A stretch of DNA of 64,000 nt from Candidatus Dadabacteria bacterium (GTDB taxonomy: Bacteria; Desulfobacterota_D; UBA1144; Nemesobacterales; Nemesobacteraceae). Under the pieces are notes generated by a model. The model ran no database searches, was not told the DNA's origin, and saw nothing but the letters and a program-made list of their open reading frames with translations. Position numbers and translations under genes: made by a program. Below are positions 28,696 to 38,418 of this stretch, one piece after another; position 1 is the first letter of the stretch; the number at the start of each line of letters is the position of its first letter. The stretch spans positions 67,646 to 131,645 of the forward strand of contig JAJDTG010000015.1 in assembly GCA_022827275.1 (NCBI GenBank). Reading direction: 5' to 3'.

Positions 28696-30339
28696 GTGAT
28701 TATGAGGGCGAACTCGGAACCACACGTCATTAAGCGAAACGAAGTGAACAACCTTTCCATCGGGCTTCTTTTTTTCCTGTTGACCGTTTTCCCCGCGGCT
28801 TCTTACAGCGGTGCGGTCACGATCGAGGCGATATACGCTGACGTTCCCGGAACCGGGTTTAACGATACGAGCGGGTTGACCGAGGAGGAAAGGGCGATGC
28901 TCGGCGATAACGGCAATAACGCGAGCACGCTCGGGCAGGCGAGAAGAAACGCCTTTGAGCATGCCGCCGGTTTGCTTGAACAGAGATTGCCGGGTTCGAA
29001 CACAATCCGGGTTGACGTGTCGTTCAGATTCTTTGAGGATGAAGCCACGGTCGCCAGGGCCTATACGGGGAAAGCCATAAGTTTCGGGCCGGAAGAACTG
29101 CTTCACATAGGGTACCCCCCGGCGCTTGCGGAAAAAATCGCGGGAAGGGCTTTAATAGACGAATCGGTGCCTCATCTCGTTGTGGCATTCTCAAGGAGTC
29201 TTGAGTTCTATTACGGTTTTTATGGGGAAGCGCCGCCGTTTTCAATAGATTTCGTTGGCATTGCCGTGCACGAGATCATTCATGGGCTCGGGTTTCATTC
29301 CTCCCTTGAGGAAGACGGTTCCTTTCCCAGTGCGACCCTTAACGTGACCGGCGAAACCCAGAGTTTTTCACTTGATGTGCCGGAGTGGCAGAGAATCTAC
29401 GACGTGCAGATGTATTCTGAGGAGGACCGTGAATTTATCGTCGATCTTGAGCCGCGGGAAAGGGAGCGGGCCATTACTTCTGACACCGGCCTTCTTTGGG
29501 GCGGAACCGCGCGGCCCGGGGAGGAGAATTCATGCAGTTACGGACAGCGCATGGCCGAGCTTAAATCCGCCGGCATAGCTCCGGACGGAAAACCCCGGCT
29601 CCACGCTCCCCCGACTTTTGAGGAGGGCAGTTCCATAACCCATGTTCACACGGACACAGAGGATATCATGGAATATCTCTACCCCTATCCCGCGGACATG
29701 GACCTGAGTCTTGCCATGCTCAGGGACATGGGCTGGGAAATAAACGACGAGGGCTTTCCGCCTTCCTGCGTGCTGACCGGAATAAGCGTTACGCCGACTT
29801 CGGGGCTTGTGACCACGGAGGGGGGCGGGACGGCGGCGTTTCAGGTGAAACTTGAGTCAGAACCGATAAGCGACGTAATAATCCCCCTGCGTAGCAGCGA
29901 TCCGTCTGAGGGAACGGCCGATACCCGGGCGCTTGAATTCACTCCGGATGACTGGGAGGTTTCAAAGACCGTGACTGTAACCGGCATGAACGACGGCGAT
30001 GAGGACGGCGCCAGGCGCTACGCTATCGTGCTTGAGCGGGTGCGGAGCCGGGACAGGTTCTATCATGGCTTCGATCCTGATGACGTGTCGTTAACCAACC
30101 GGGATAATGATCCGGAACCGGGTGTCCCTTCGCCTGACTCCGCGTCGCCACCGGGGGAGGAGGCGGGACTGGGCGGCCTCGGATGCGCAATTGCCGCAGA
30201 AGAGCAGGTGCAAGACACATCTCGAGGCGGGATGCCTGTCCAGCTTCTGCTCGCCGCGCTTCTCATTTTCGCAATTCCGTGGAGAAGCCTGCGAACGCAA
30301 AAGCGGCACCTCATCCGGGCGGATTTTCTCTCTGGTTAA
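28696..30339 (+). CDS. exported zinc metalloprotease-like surface protein with Calx-beta-like domain and C-terminal sorting signal
   Basis: Signal peptide, AVHEIIHGLGF (HExxH), TTEGG..F.V.L...FTPDDW..VTVTG, GCAIA-TM-basic tail. Confidence 0.75.
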   Translation: MIMRANSEPHVIKRNEVNNLSIGLLFFLLTVFPAASYSGAVTIEAIYADVPGTGFNDTSGLTEEERAMLGDNGNNASTLGQARRNAFEHAAGLLEQRLPGSNTIRVDVSFRFFEDEATVARAYTGKAISFGPEELLHIGYPPALAEKIAGRALIDESVPHLVVAFSRSLEFYYGFYGEAPPFSIDFVGIAVHEIIHGLGFHSSLEEDGSFPSATLNVTGETQSFSLDVPEWQRIYDVQMYSEEDREFIVDLEPRERERAITSDTGLLWGGTARPGEENSCSYGQRMAELKSAGIAPDGKPRLHAPPTFEEGSSITHVHTDTEDIMEYLYPYPADMDLSLAMLRDMGWEINDEGFPPSCVLTGISVTPTSGLVTTEGGGTAAFQVKLESEPISDVIIPLRSSDPSEGTADTRALEFTPDDWEVSKTVTVTGMNDGDEDGARRYAIVLERVRSRDRFYHGFDPDDVSLTNRDNDPEPGVPSPDSASPPGEEAGLGGLGCAIAAEEQVQDTSRGGMPVQLLLAALLIFAIPWRSLRTQKRHLIRADFLSG

Positions 30340-30506
30340 GCGAATCCCTGTCGGTGTGGACAACCCTTGTTTCCGTGCTGTATAATGTTGCCCCAAGAGC
30401 TTTGGGAAGAAAGAGGAATTAGCACGAGGAGCTTGGCTGTCTTGCTCTGCTTTTCCTTCTCTTTTTCAATCATATCCGCATCTTACAATCATTGGAGGCA
30501 ACACAA

Positions 30507-31109
30507 ATGGAAAGGTTTGTTATTCCACATCAGCATGAAATCACTAAAGAGGACAGAAGAAGGCTAAACGGCCACGGTTCCTTGATTCTATGGTTCACCG
30601 GACTTCCGAGTTCCGGAAAATCCACTCTTGCAAATGAAATCGAAAAAGAACTTATACAGCGAAACCACCGCACCTACATACTGGACGGGGACAACGTGAG
30701 GATGGGTCTCTGCAAGGACCTTGGTTTTTCCGCCGAGGACCGCGAGGAGAACATAAGGAGAATAGGTGAGGTTTCCAAGCTTTTCATGGACGCGGGAATT
30801 CTTGTCCTCTCAGCCTTTGTCTCCCCCTACCGCGCCGACCGCGACGCCATAAGGGAGCTTGTTGAGGAAGGGGAGTTCGTCGAGGTGTTCGTTGACTGCT
30901 CCGTCGCGCAGTGCGAGCAGCGGGACGTAAAGGGGCTTTACAAGAAGGCCAGAGAGGGGGTCATAAAAGGATTTACGGGAATTGACGATCCGTACGAGGA
31001 GCCCTCTGCCCCCGAAATCGTGGTCGATACGGAGAAACACTCGATCGAGGAGTGCAAGCAGCAGATACTCGATTACCTGATCGCGCGCGACGCGGTGAAC
31101 ATGGGATAA
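30507..31109 (+). CDS. cysC: adenylyl-sulfate kinase
   Basis: WFTGLPSSGKST, LDGDNVR, RDVKGLY, FTGIDDPYE. Confidence 0.97.
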   Translation: MERFVIPHQHEITKEDRRRLNGHGSLILWFTGLPSSGKSTLANEIEKELIQRNHRTYILDGDNVRMGLCKDLGFSAEDREENIRRIGEVSKLFMDAGILVLSAFVSPYRADRDAIRELVEEGEFVEVFVDCSVAQCEQRDVKGLYKKAREGVIKGFTGIDDPYEEPSAPEIVVDTEKHSIEECKQQILDYLIARDAVNMG

Positions 31110-31207
31110 GGGAAGCCCGGGGGGCCGTCTCTTAGAAGCCGCTTCTTTTATTCGCGTTTATAGATCATAATAATAGGATTGCGTTAAGGTTTTTCCCGGA
31201 AACAAAG

Positions 31208-32503
31208 ATGTCTGCTTCAAACAATGAATCGGGGGCTTCTGACTCAATGAGCCCAGCTCAGCTGATAAGCAATATCGCCGAGAATTCAAGAAAAGCCTCA
31301 AGAATCCTGGCTTCCGCCCCGTCTTCCCGGAAAAACGACTTTCTCCTGCGCTTCGCGGACCTTCTGGTAGCTCAGACGGACGGCCTTCTGTCCGAGAACG
31401 CAAGGGACGTTTCGGACGCCGAGGAAAAAGGCCTTTCCACCGCCCTTGTGGACCGCCTGAGGCTTAACCCCTCGAGGATAAGCTCCTTGGCCGACGGGCT
31501 TCGCGAGGTGGCGGAGCTTCCCGACCCCGTGGGCAAGATATCGGCAAAGTGGGACAGGCCTAACGGGATTTCAGTTGAGAAAAAAAGAATTCCCCTGGGC
31601 GTCATAGGGATTATTTATGAGTCAAGGCCGGGGGTTACGGCCGACGCCGCCGGGCTCTGCGTTAAGTCCGGCAATTCCGTAATTCTCCGCGGCGGCTCGG
31701 AAACGATAAGATCCAACCTTGCCATCTCCCGGCTTATGGCCGATTCCCTATCCCAAAGCGGTCTCTCTCCCCACACGGCCCAGGTCGTCCCGGTCGCCGA
31801 CAGGGAAGTCATAACCGAGATGCTGAAACTCGAGGACAAGATAGATCTCATTATCCCGAGGGGAGGGGAGGGGCTTATAAGGTTTGTCGCTGAGAACTCC
31901 CGGATCCCGGTTCTAAAGCACTACAAGGGGGTCTGCCACGTTTACGTGGATGAGCATGCGGACCTCGGGATGGCCGAGGAGATCTGCCGGAACGCGAAGG
32001 TGCAGAGACCGGGGGTGTGTAACTCGATGGAGACAATGCTCGTGCACTCCTCGGTGGCGGGTGATTTCCTGCCCGCGGCGATAAAGAGGCTTGAGGGAGA
32101 GGGAGTGAGCATAAAGGGCTGCGAGAACACGAGGGGGCTTCTTCCCGGCGTTGCCCCGGCAACGGAAGAGGACTGGCACGAGGAGTATCTTGACCTTGTC
32201 CTTAACGTAAGGGTCGTCGCGACGATTGACGAGGCTATAGAGCATATACAGACCTATGGCTCCATGCATACGGACGCCATAGTTACGGAACATCCTGAAA
32301 ATTCTGAGAAATTCGTAAAGGAAGTGGATTCCTCCGCGGTCATGGTCAATACGTCGACCAGGTTCAACGACGGTTTCCAGCTGGGTCTCGGCGCCGAAAT
32401 AGGCATAAGCACTTCAAAGCTGCACGCCTTTGGCCCGATGGGGCTTGAGGAACTGACCACTTCGAAGTTCGTGGTAAGAGGAAACGGCCAGATAAGGGGC
32501 TGA
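31208..32503 (+). CDS. proA: glutamate-5-semialdehyde dehydrogenase
   Basis: GIIYESRP, RPGVCNSMET, GAEIGISTSKLHAFGPMGL. Confidence 0.97.
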   Translation: MSASNNESGASDSMSPAQLISNIAENSRKASRILASAPSSRKNDFLLRFADLLVAQTDGLLSENARDVSDAEEKGLSTALVDRLRLNPSRISSLADGLREVAELPDPVGKISAKWDRPNGISVEKKRIPLGVIGIIYESRPGVTADAAGLCVKSGNSVILRGGSETIRSNLAISRLMADSLSQSGLSPHTAQVVPVADREVITEMLKLEDKIDLIIPRGGEGLIRFVAENSRIPVLKHYKGVCHVYVDEHADLGMAEEICRNAKVQRPGVCNSMETMLVHSSVAGDFLPAAIKRLEGEGVSIKGCENTRGLLPGVAPATEEDWHEEYLDLVLNVRVVATIDEAIEHIQTYGSMHTDAIVTEHPENSEKFVKEVDSSAVMVNTSTRFNDGFQLGLGAEIGISTSKLHAFGPMGLEELTTSKFVVRGNGQIRG

Positions 32504-32578
32504 ACCTTTCGGGGGCCTGGGGAAATTTCGCGGGATCGCCCGGTTCCGCGAGGGTATGGCAGGGGGCTTTAAAAACAG

Positions 32579-34255
32579 ATGCTTGTTGAACTCAGGCTTA
32601 AGAATTTCGCCATAATAGACGAGATTTCCATTGGTTTCGGGGCAAACCTGAACATAATTACGGGAGAGACGGGCACAGGGAAATCCCTGATTGTTGACGC
32701 TATAAACATAATCCTCGGTGACAAGTTTACGGCGGACCACGTTAAATCAGCCGACATGCAGACATCGGTGGAAGCCCTTTTCGAAGTTCCGGATGACTGC
32801 GGTATCGGGGAGAAACTCGAGCAGTTCGGCATCGGGGAGGGAGAAGGCGAGCTTGTCATAAAAAGGGTCTTTAACCCGGGCGGCAGGAACAGGATTTATA
32901 TAAACGGTTCGATGGCGACGCTCGGGACGCTCTCCGGGGTGACCGACGGACTCGTTAACATGTTCGGCCAGCACGAACACCAGAGCCTCCTTAAGAAAAG
33001 CAATTATCTAAGCTATATAGACACCTTTTCTCAACTTGAACATGAAGTCTCCGAATACAAGGCATCCTACGCAGAACTCGTGCGTGCGGAGAATGAACTT
33101 GAGGTGCTGAGGAAAAAAGAACAGGAAGGGGCGGAAAAAGAGGATTACCTGAGGTTCCAGGCTGAAGAGATAAAAAAAGTCTCCCCCGCGCCGAACGAGG
33201 ATTCCGAGCTTGAGGCGGAGAGGGTGAGGCTTGAGAACTCAGAGAGGTTCTCATCTTCGCTTGGAAGCGCGACCGGGCTTGTGTACGAGGGGGAGAGCTC
33301 GGCGATCGGCTTTCTGAAGCAGGCACTCTCGCACCTTGAGGAGGTTTCTGACCTTGATTCATCTCTCGGGGAGCTTCGCGACAGGATTGCGGCCATACTC
33401 ATAGAAACCGAGGATGTTTTCTACGGTCTGAGTGAATTCGCGGGGAAGATTGAGCATAACCCAGAGAGGCTTGAGGAGGTGCTTGCGAGGCTTGAAGAGA
33501 TAACCAGGCTCAAGAGAAAGCACGGGGGCTCGATCGAGGAGATAATAAAAAAGCAGCACGAGATCGAATCCGAGCTTGAAGGTCTTGAGAATTCATCTGA
33601 GAGGCTTGGGGAAATCGAGCGGAGAAGGGATTCTCTTCGGGAGAAGGTTTCCGCTATGGCCTCTTCGATATCGGCCGCGAGAAAATCGGGGGCCGGGCGG
33701 CTTCAGGATCTTTTCTCCGGGCAGGCAGAGTCCGTGGGGCTTAAAAACGCCCGTTTCGAGGTGGAATTCTCAGAAAAGGATCTCTCGGGAGACGGCCGCG
33801 ACAGCCTGCAGTTTCTTTTCTCAGCCAACCCGGGCCAGGCTCCGAGGCCCGTTAACAGGGTCGCTTCCGGCGGAGAGCTCTCAAGAATAATGCTTCTGCT
33901 TAAAAGTTTCGTTTCCACCGGCGATTCAGGCTCGATCTTCATATTCGACGAGGTGGATGCGGGCATAGGGGGAGTCGTGGCTGAGAGCATAGGGAGAAAA
34001 ATAAAGGATCTCTCGGACCAGAGCCAGGTGGTGTGCATAACGCACCTCCCTCAGGTCGCCAAGTTTGCTGACACCCACCTGCTGGTTGCGAAGGAATCCA
34101 GCGAAAGTGAAACGGATGTCTCGGTCGATGCCCTCAGCGAAGAGGAGAGGGTAATGGAAATCGGCAGGATGCTTGCCGGAAAAAGCGTGTCCGAAAAAAC
34201 CTTTGAAGTTGCCCGCGAGCTTATAAAAGAAGCCGCTCGAGCTGATCTGCCGTAG
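32579..34255 (+). CDS. recN: DNA repair protein RecN
   Basis: TGETGTGKS, VASGGELSR, IFDEVDAG, ITHLPQVA. Confidence 0.97.
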   Translation: MLVELRLKNFAIIDEISIGFGANLNIITGETGTGKSLIVDAINIILGDKFTADHVKSADMQTSVEALFEVPDDCGIGEKLEQFGIGEGEGELVIKRVFNPGGRNRIYINGSMATLGTLSGVTDGLVNMFGQHEHQSLLKKSNYLSYIDTFSQLEHEVSEYKASYAELVRAENELEVLRKKEQEGAEKEDYLRFQAEEIKKVSPAPNEDSELEAERVRLENSERFSSSLGSATGLVYEGESSAIGFLKQALSHLEEVSDLDSSLGELRDRIAAILIETEDVFYGLSEFAGKIEHNPERLEEVLARLEEITRLKRKHGGSIEEIIKKQHEIESELEGLENSSERLGEIERRRDSLREKVSAMASSISAARKSGAGRLQDLFSGQAESVGLKNARFEVEFSEKDLSGDGRDSLQFLFSANPGQAPRPVNRVASGGELSRIMLLLKSFVSTGDSGSIFIFDEVDAGIGGVVAESIGRKIKDLSDQSQVVCITHLPQVAKFADTHLLVAKESSESETDVSVDALSEEERVMEIGRMLAGKSVSEKTFEVARELIKEAARADLP

Positions 34256-34291
34256 GGCGGTATGGAAAAACCGGCCTGAATTCAAGCGGGC

Positions 34292-35836
34292 TCACTCTTG
34301 GTCGAAACCGGCGAACCCCTCCGCCACTATAGCTTCAAGTGCGGCAGTCTGACTTTCGGTAAGCTCCGGAAATTCTTTTTTGCGGCGTTTCTTGGGAAAG
34401 ACGCCTCCGTTGCGGCGAATGAGCATGATGATGTCTTCCGCTGTCCGGTTCGGCACGTCAAAGGCGTTTATGATCTGTTTCACGACGGCGTCGTGGCGCT
34501 TGAGGTAGTCGATTTCGCGCGGCAGGTCGGATTCTGTCGTCTGCAGAATGCAGTCGTAGAGGAATTCCGCTTCGTTCGTGCAGTCGTAGTAGCGGTAGAG
34601 ATCCGAGGTATCATTTGTGACCTCCACATTGCCGTTCGGCAGAGCCCTCCAGGCTATGAACTGCATCAAGGGGCCGGAATGCGCCCGCAATGTAGCTCCG
34701 TAGTCATCTATGCGGTTCAGCATTACGGATGAAACGGGGAAAACCATCTGCGGAGGTGTAAATCCACGCTCTGCGAGGACCTGATGGATCAGGCAGCGGT
34801 GCAGGCGCCCGTTTCCGTCGGTAAACGGATGGATATATACAAACCCGAACGCCACGCAGGCGGCGTGGAGAACGGGGTCGATCTTTGAGTTGCGCAGGCG
34901 GTCTCCGCATTCCTTGAGTGCGGTCATTACACGCTCAACATCGTCGTGACGCGTGCCGATAAACTCGGGCAGGGGTTCATAGTAGCGGTTGCGAGAGCCG
35001 AGAAACACTTCTTCGGTTCTGTATCCCGTGGTTTTTGATCGGTCGTTTCCGATCAGGATGCTGTGGAGGCGGTAAATTTCCGCATGCCGAAGGGGCCTCT
35101 GCCCAGCCTCCATAACCGCACGTCCCCATCCCTCGAGCCGATTGACCGGCGGATGTTCTCCCTCGATCTCAAAACTCGCCCGGCTGTCTTCAAGCAGTAC
35201 AAAGCTCGCGGCGCGCGCAATGAGTTGCGCGCCGACTTTTCCGATTGTATCCCGCGTCTTTGCCGAGAGATCAAGAGCAATCATTTTTTCAAGCTTCGGA
35301 GTTCGCCTTATGACGGGGCACAGTTCCCCTGTACCCAGGAGATTGTCGCGGACTCGGTGTCTCGGTGAAATCCGCCTCCCGGCTGTATAGTAGCGGTCCG
35401 GGTCAAGGGCATTGACGGCAGTGACCGCAGGCGCGTCTGCAATGTCGAGGCGCTTTCCAGTCAGAGTCTCAAAGAAAAACCATATCCTCCGCGTCGTGGC
35501 CCCCCTCGGCTTAGCGCGGATCATTTCGACAAGCGCGGTTTCGGGAACCGCCTCGAGAATTCTTTTGAGGACCAGAAGATCGATCGTTTCATGACGCATT
35601 GCGAAGGTCAGGTGTCCTTCGAGCGTTGACTCCGGGCGGTACCTCTTGTCATAGATATTCCAAGTACCGTCGCTTCGCTTGCCTCCGCGAACATGCCTTT
35701 GCGAAACGCAGGAGAGATTGCGGACTGGCGCGGCAACGTCAAGCGAGTGGGCCAAGGCGGACCAGCCGACCAGATCTGCACCCTGTGGCAGGGGACTGCC
35801 CTGAAAGAAATCCGGTGTTGCGTCCTGTATTTGCAT
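34292..35836 (-). CDS. Fic/Fido-domain protein
   Basis: HPFTDGNGRLHR catalytic motif; SFEIEG internal inhibitory motif. Confidence 0.9.
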   Translation of the reverse strand: MQIQDATPDFFQGSPLPQGADLVGWSALAHSLDVAAPVRNLSCVSQRHVRGGKRSDGTWNIYDKRYRPESTLEGHLTFAMRHETIDLLVLKRILEAVPETALVEMIRAKPRGATTRRIWFFFETLTGKRLDIADAPAVTAVNALDPDRYYTAGRRISPRHRVRDNLLGTGELCPVIRRTPKLEKMIALDLSAKTRDTIGKVGAQLIARAASFVLLEDSRASFEIEGEHPPVNRLEGWGRAVMEAGQRPLRHAEIYRLHSILIGNDRSKTTGYRTEEVFLGSRNRYYEPLPEFIGTRHDDVERVMTALKECGDRLRNSKIDPVLHAACVAFGFVYIHPFTDGNGRLHRCLIHQVLAERGFTPPQMVFPVSSVMLNRIDDYGATLRAHSGPLMQFIAWRALPNGNVEVTNDTSDLYRYYDCTNEAEFLYDCILQTTESDLPREIDYLKRHDAVVKQIINAFDVPNRTAEDIIMLIRRNGGVFPKKRRKKEFPELTESQTAALEAIVAEGFAGFDQE

Positions 35837-35978
35837 TGTTCGAAAATCCTTTATTGTTGTCGAAATATGCTATATAAACTCCAATTGTGTCGAGTTTCCA
35901 TATTTTATCCTTCGCAATGTCGAAAATCAAGGATTTATGTCGAAAATTGTGTTGTTGGGGCTGGAAATGTCGAAAATC
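35837..35978. repeat. six phased direct repeats (TGTCGAAAAT consensus) upstream of the Fic gene
   Basis: TCGA cores at 35840, 35860, 35890, 35920, 35940 and 35970. Confidence 0.8.
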
Positions 35979-36132
35979 AGTTGCGCAGTTTGAACTGTAA
36001 GTTGCCTTCAGGAAATCTAGCAGACAGGTAATTTCAAATTTGTAAAAGATATCGGGACACAGTCGATTCGAATAAAATCCAAGGTCCGACCCCTCAAAAC
36101 TCTTCCGTTTTGCTTCCTATGTGGAATGAGAA

Positions 36133-36696
36133 CTAGCTGATCGTCTTTGTCTGATAGGAGCAGAAAACCACCGCGGTAAGAACCGTTGTCCAGAGTCCGT
36201 TCTTATCCCCCACGGCGGTCTGCGTTACGTTTCTGCTTTTTACCTTGTGCCCGCTTATCTCCCATATGTCTTTCTGCTCGTCGTAACTTTTATCGGGGTC
36301 AAAGGGAGCGTTAAGGGTGGTGGCGAGCATGTAGGCGGCAAGATCTTCGGCGTATTCCCCAGCGAGGGCTTCCTTCTGCCCGTAGCTGTGGTGTTCCGAG
36401 ATGTATCCATAGCGCGTCTTATCCTTCGGGATCGCAAGGCCGGTGGACGCGGCGATGAGCCTGCTGGGCTCGTTTGTGGAATTTTCGCTCATTACCACAA
36501 ACGCTATCTGCCCGGGGGAGAGCATCGTGAGTCCCTGTTTTCTGCTTACGAGCTGACAGCCCGGGGGAAAAATGCTTGACACCTTGACCAGATTGAACTG
36601 AGCGATGCCCGCGTCTCTCAAAGCAAGCTCAAAGCTTGAGAGCTTTTTCTTGTGCTTGCCTACGCCCTTGGTTACGAAAGCTTTTGTAGGGGTCAA
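36133..36696 (-). CDS. pdaD: pyruvoyl-dependent arginine decarboxylase
   Basis: [25 protein letters not shown] (SS cleavage site), GYISEHH. Confidence 0.9.
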   Translation of the reverse strand: MTPTKAFVTKGVGKHKKKLSSFELALRDAGIAQFNLVKVSSIFPPGCQLVSRKQGLTMLSPGQIAFVVMSENSTNEPSRLIAASTGLAIPKDKTRYGYISEHHSYGQKEALAGEYAEDLAAYMLATTLNAPFDPDKSYDEQKDIWEISGHKVKSRNVTQTAVGDKNGLWTTVLTAVVFCSYQTKTIS

Positions 36697-36768
36697 TCCA
36701 CCACTCCTTATAAACCTGCATTCAAGTTATATTTACGGGGTGAATTTGTCAAACGAGGGTGAAATGCG

Positions 36769-37605
36769 ATGAAATTCGGAGCGCATGTTTCAATAGCAGG
36801 CGGGATTGAGAATGCACCGCTTAGGGCGAGGCAGCTTGGATGTGAATGTTTTCAGATGTTCACCCGTTCGCCGAGGGGCGGCAGTCCCCCGGAGCTTGAA
36901 GATCGCCTGCTTGAGGCATTTTTTCTTAACTGCTCGGAGGTTTCCATAAGCGATTACTACGTCCACACTCCTTACTTCATAAACCTTGCTTCCGGAAAAG
37001 AGGACCTGAGAGAAAAAAGCGTGAACCTGGTGAGGGAGGAGCTTGAGAGATCAAGCGTCCTGGGGGTGAAGTACATGATGACCCACATAGGAAGCGCGAA
37101 GGGGCTTGAGAGAGACGTGGCGGTGGACAACGTGGTTGACTCAGTTTTGAGGGTTCTTGACGGCTACGGCGGCACGACGGAGCTTCTGCTTGAGAACACG
37201 GCGGGGCAGGGGTACACCATAGGGGCAAGCTTCGAGGAGATTTCCCTCATACTCAAGCGCGTTGCGCATGACGGTCTCGGGGTTTGCATAGATACCGCCC
37301 ACATGTTTGCCTCCGGATACGATATAAGGACCCGCGAGGGCGTTGAGGAACTGGTAGGGCGCATCGGCGCCGCGTTTGCTCCCGGGACCGTGAAACTAGT
37401 TCACGCCAATGATTCCAAGGCAGAGTTTAACTCAAGCAAGGACCGCCACGAACATATAGGAGAGGGGGAAATAGGGATTGACTGCTTCGGGGCGATGGTT
37501 AAAAACCCGTTTTTCGAAGATCTCGACATGATAGTGGAAATGCCTCCACCCGAGGTGTCAAAAGACATCGAGGTTCTTAAGGGGCTGAGGGACGGAAGTA
37601 CTTAA
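36769..37605 (+). CDS. nfo: endonuclease IV
   Basis: GAHVSIAGG, HTPYFINLAS, ENTAGQG, DTAH, HANDSK..DRHEHIG. Confidence 0.95.
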   Translation: MKFGAHVSIAGGIENAPLRARQLGCECFQMFTRSPRGGSPPELEDRLLEAFFLNCSEVSISDYYVHTPYFINLASGKEDLREKSVNLVREELERSSVLGVKYMMTHIGSAKGLERDVAVDNVVDSVLRVLDGYGGTTELLLENTAGQGYTIGASFEEISLILKRVAHDGLGVCIDTAHMFASGYDIRTREGVEELVGRIGAAFAPGTVKLVHANDSKAEFNSSKDRHEHIGEGEIGIDCFGAMVKNPFFEDLDMIVEMPPPEVSKDIEVLKGLRDGST

Positions 37606-37607
37606 TC

Positions 37608-38366
37608 TCAGGGCGAGAGCGAAAAACCGCTTTTACCTGTCCCCTGACCGTCAACGTAGATATTGTTTTCCCCGTCAATCGCTACCCTCCCGTTTGCGAT
37701 CAGATCATGGACCACGAAGGGAAACAGCTCCCATTCTCCCTGTTCTCTGATTTTCTCTTCCATCGCCGCCACGTCCCCTGTGCCGAAACCCTCAAGGGAT
37801 ATGTCGGCCGACTGGGCAACCGCGGTTCCGAACCTTACCTCGGGGTCGTTTTCAAGATAGACGGTGCATCTTATACTCTTCTCTCCGTTCTCCAGTGCCT
37901 GGACGCACGCGCTTTTTCCTCTTACGAGGTAATCCTTGCTTGTGTCCCCGGGGTAGAGGTTCAAGATCCTGTTTGCGAACCTCTCGACAAACAGACGGCT
38001 AAGCCTTCTTCTGTATCCGGCAAGCACCACGAGATCTGGCTCAAGAGTCTCTTCAATCAGGGAAATGACGGCAGAATCGTAAAGAACCCGGCCGTCTTCA
38101 TCGGAAGGCGGTTTCCCAATATCTGCGAAGAACTTCTCGGAACTTATGGAGGAAGTCTTGATCTTGAGCGCTTTTGCCTTTTCGAGAACCGGGGACTTGG
38201 GGTCGTTTGAGAAGACATGCTCTATGGTTCCATAGTTCTTCCCGCCTTCCTGCTTCAGCTCCGTCTGTCTTGAGTATATTTTCTCAAAATTCGTCCCTCT
38301 TCCCGAGGCGAGCACGAGAATTTTCATCGGGCGGGCGGTATCTGAGTAAAGCGGCGTTATTTGCAT
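37608..38366 (-). CDS. PurN-like formyltransferase, divergent active site
   Basis: LASGRGTNF, DLVVLAGY, RILNLYP. Confidence 0.75.
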   Translation of the reverse strand: MQITPLYSDTARPMKILVLASGRGTNFEKIYSRQTELKQEGGKNYGTIEHVFSNDPKSPVLEKAKALKIKTSSISSEKFFADIGKPPSDEDGRVLYDSAVISLIEETLEPDLVVLAGYRRRLSRLFVERFANRILNLYPGDTSKDYLVRGKSACVQALENGEKSIRCTVYLENDPEVRFGTAVAQSADISLEGFGTGDVAAMEEKIREQGEWELFPFVVHDLIANGRVAIDGENNIYVDGQGTGKSGFSLSP

Positions 38367-38418
38367 TGATTCCTCTATCGTTTAATTTTTATGCGATTCC
38401 AAGTAAGTGTGACGCAGC

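Noticed and set aside
35837-35978. Fic-upstream repeats as a CRISPR array
   Set aside because: Repeats are about 10 bp with 10-20 bp gaps, and there are no cas genes.
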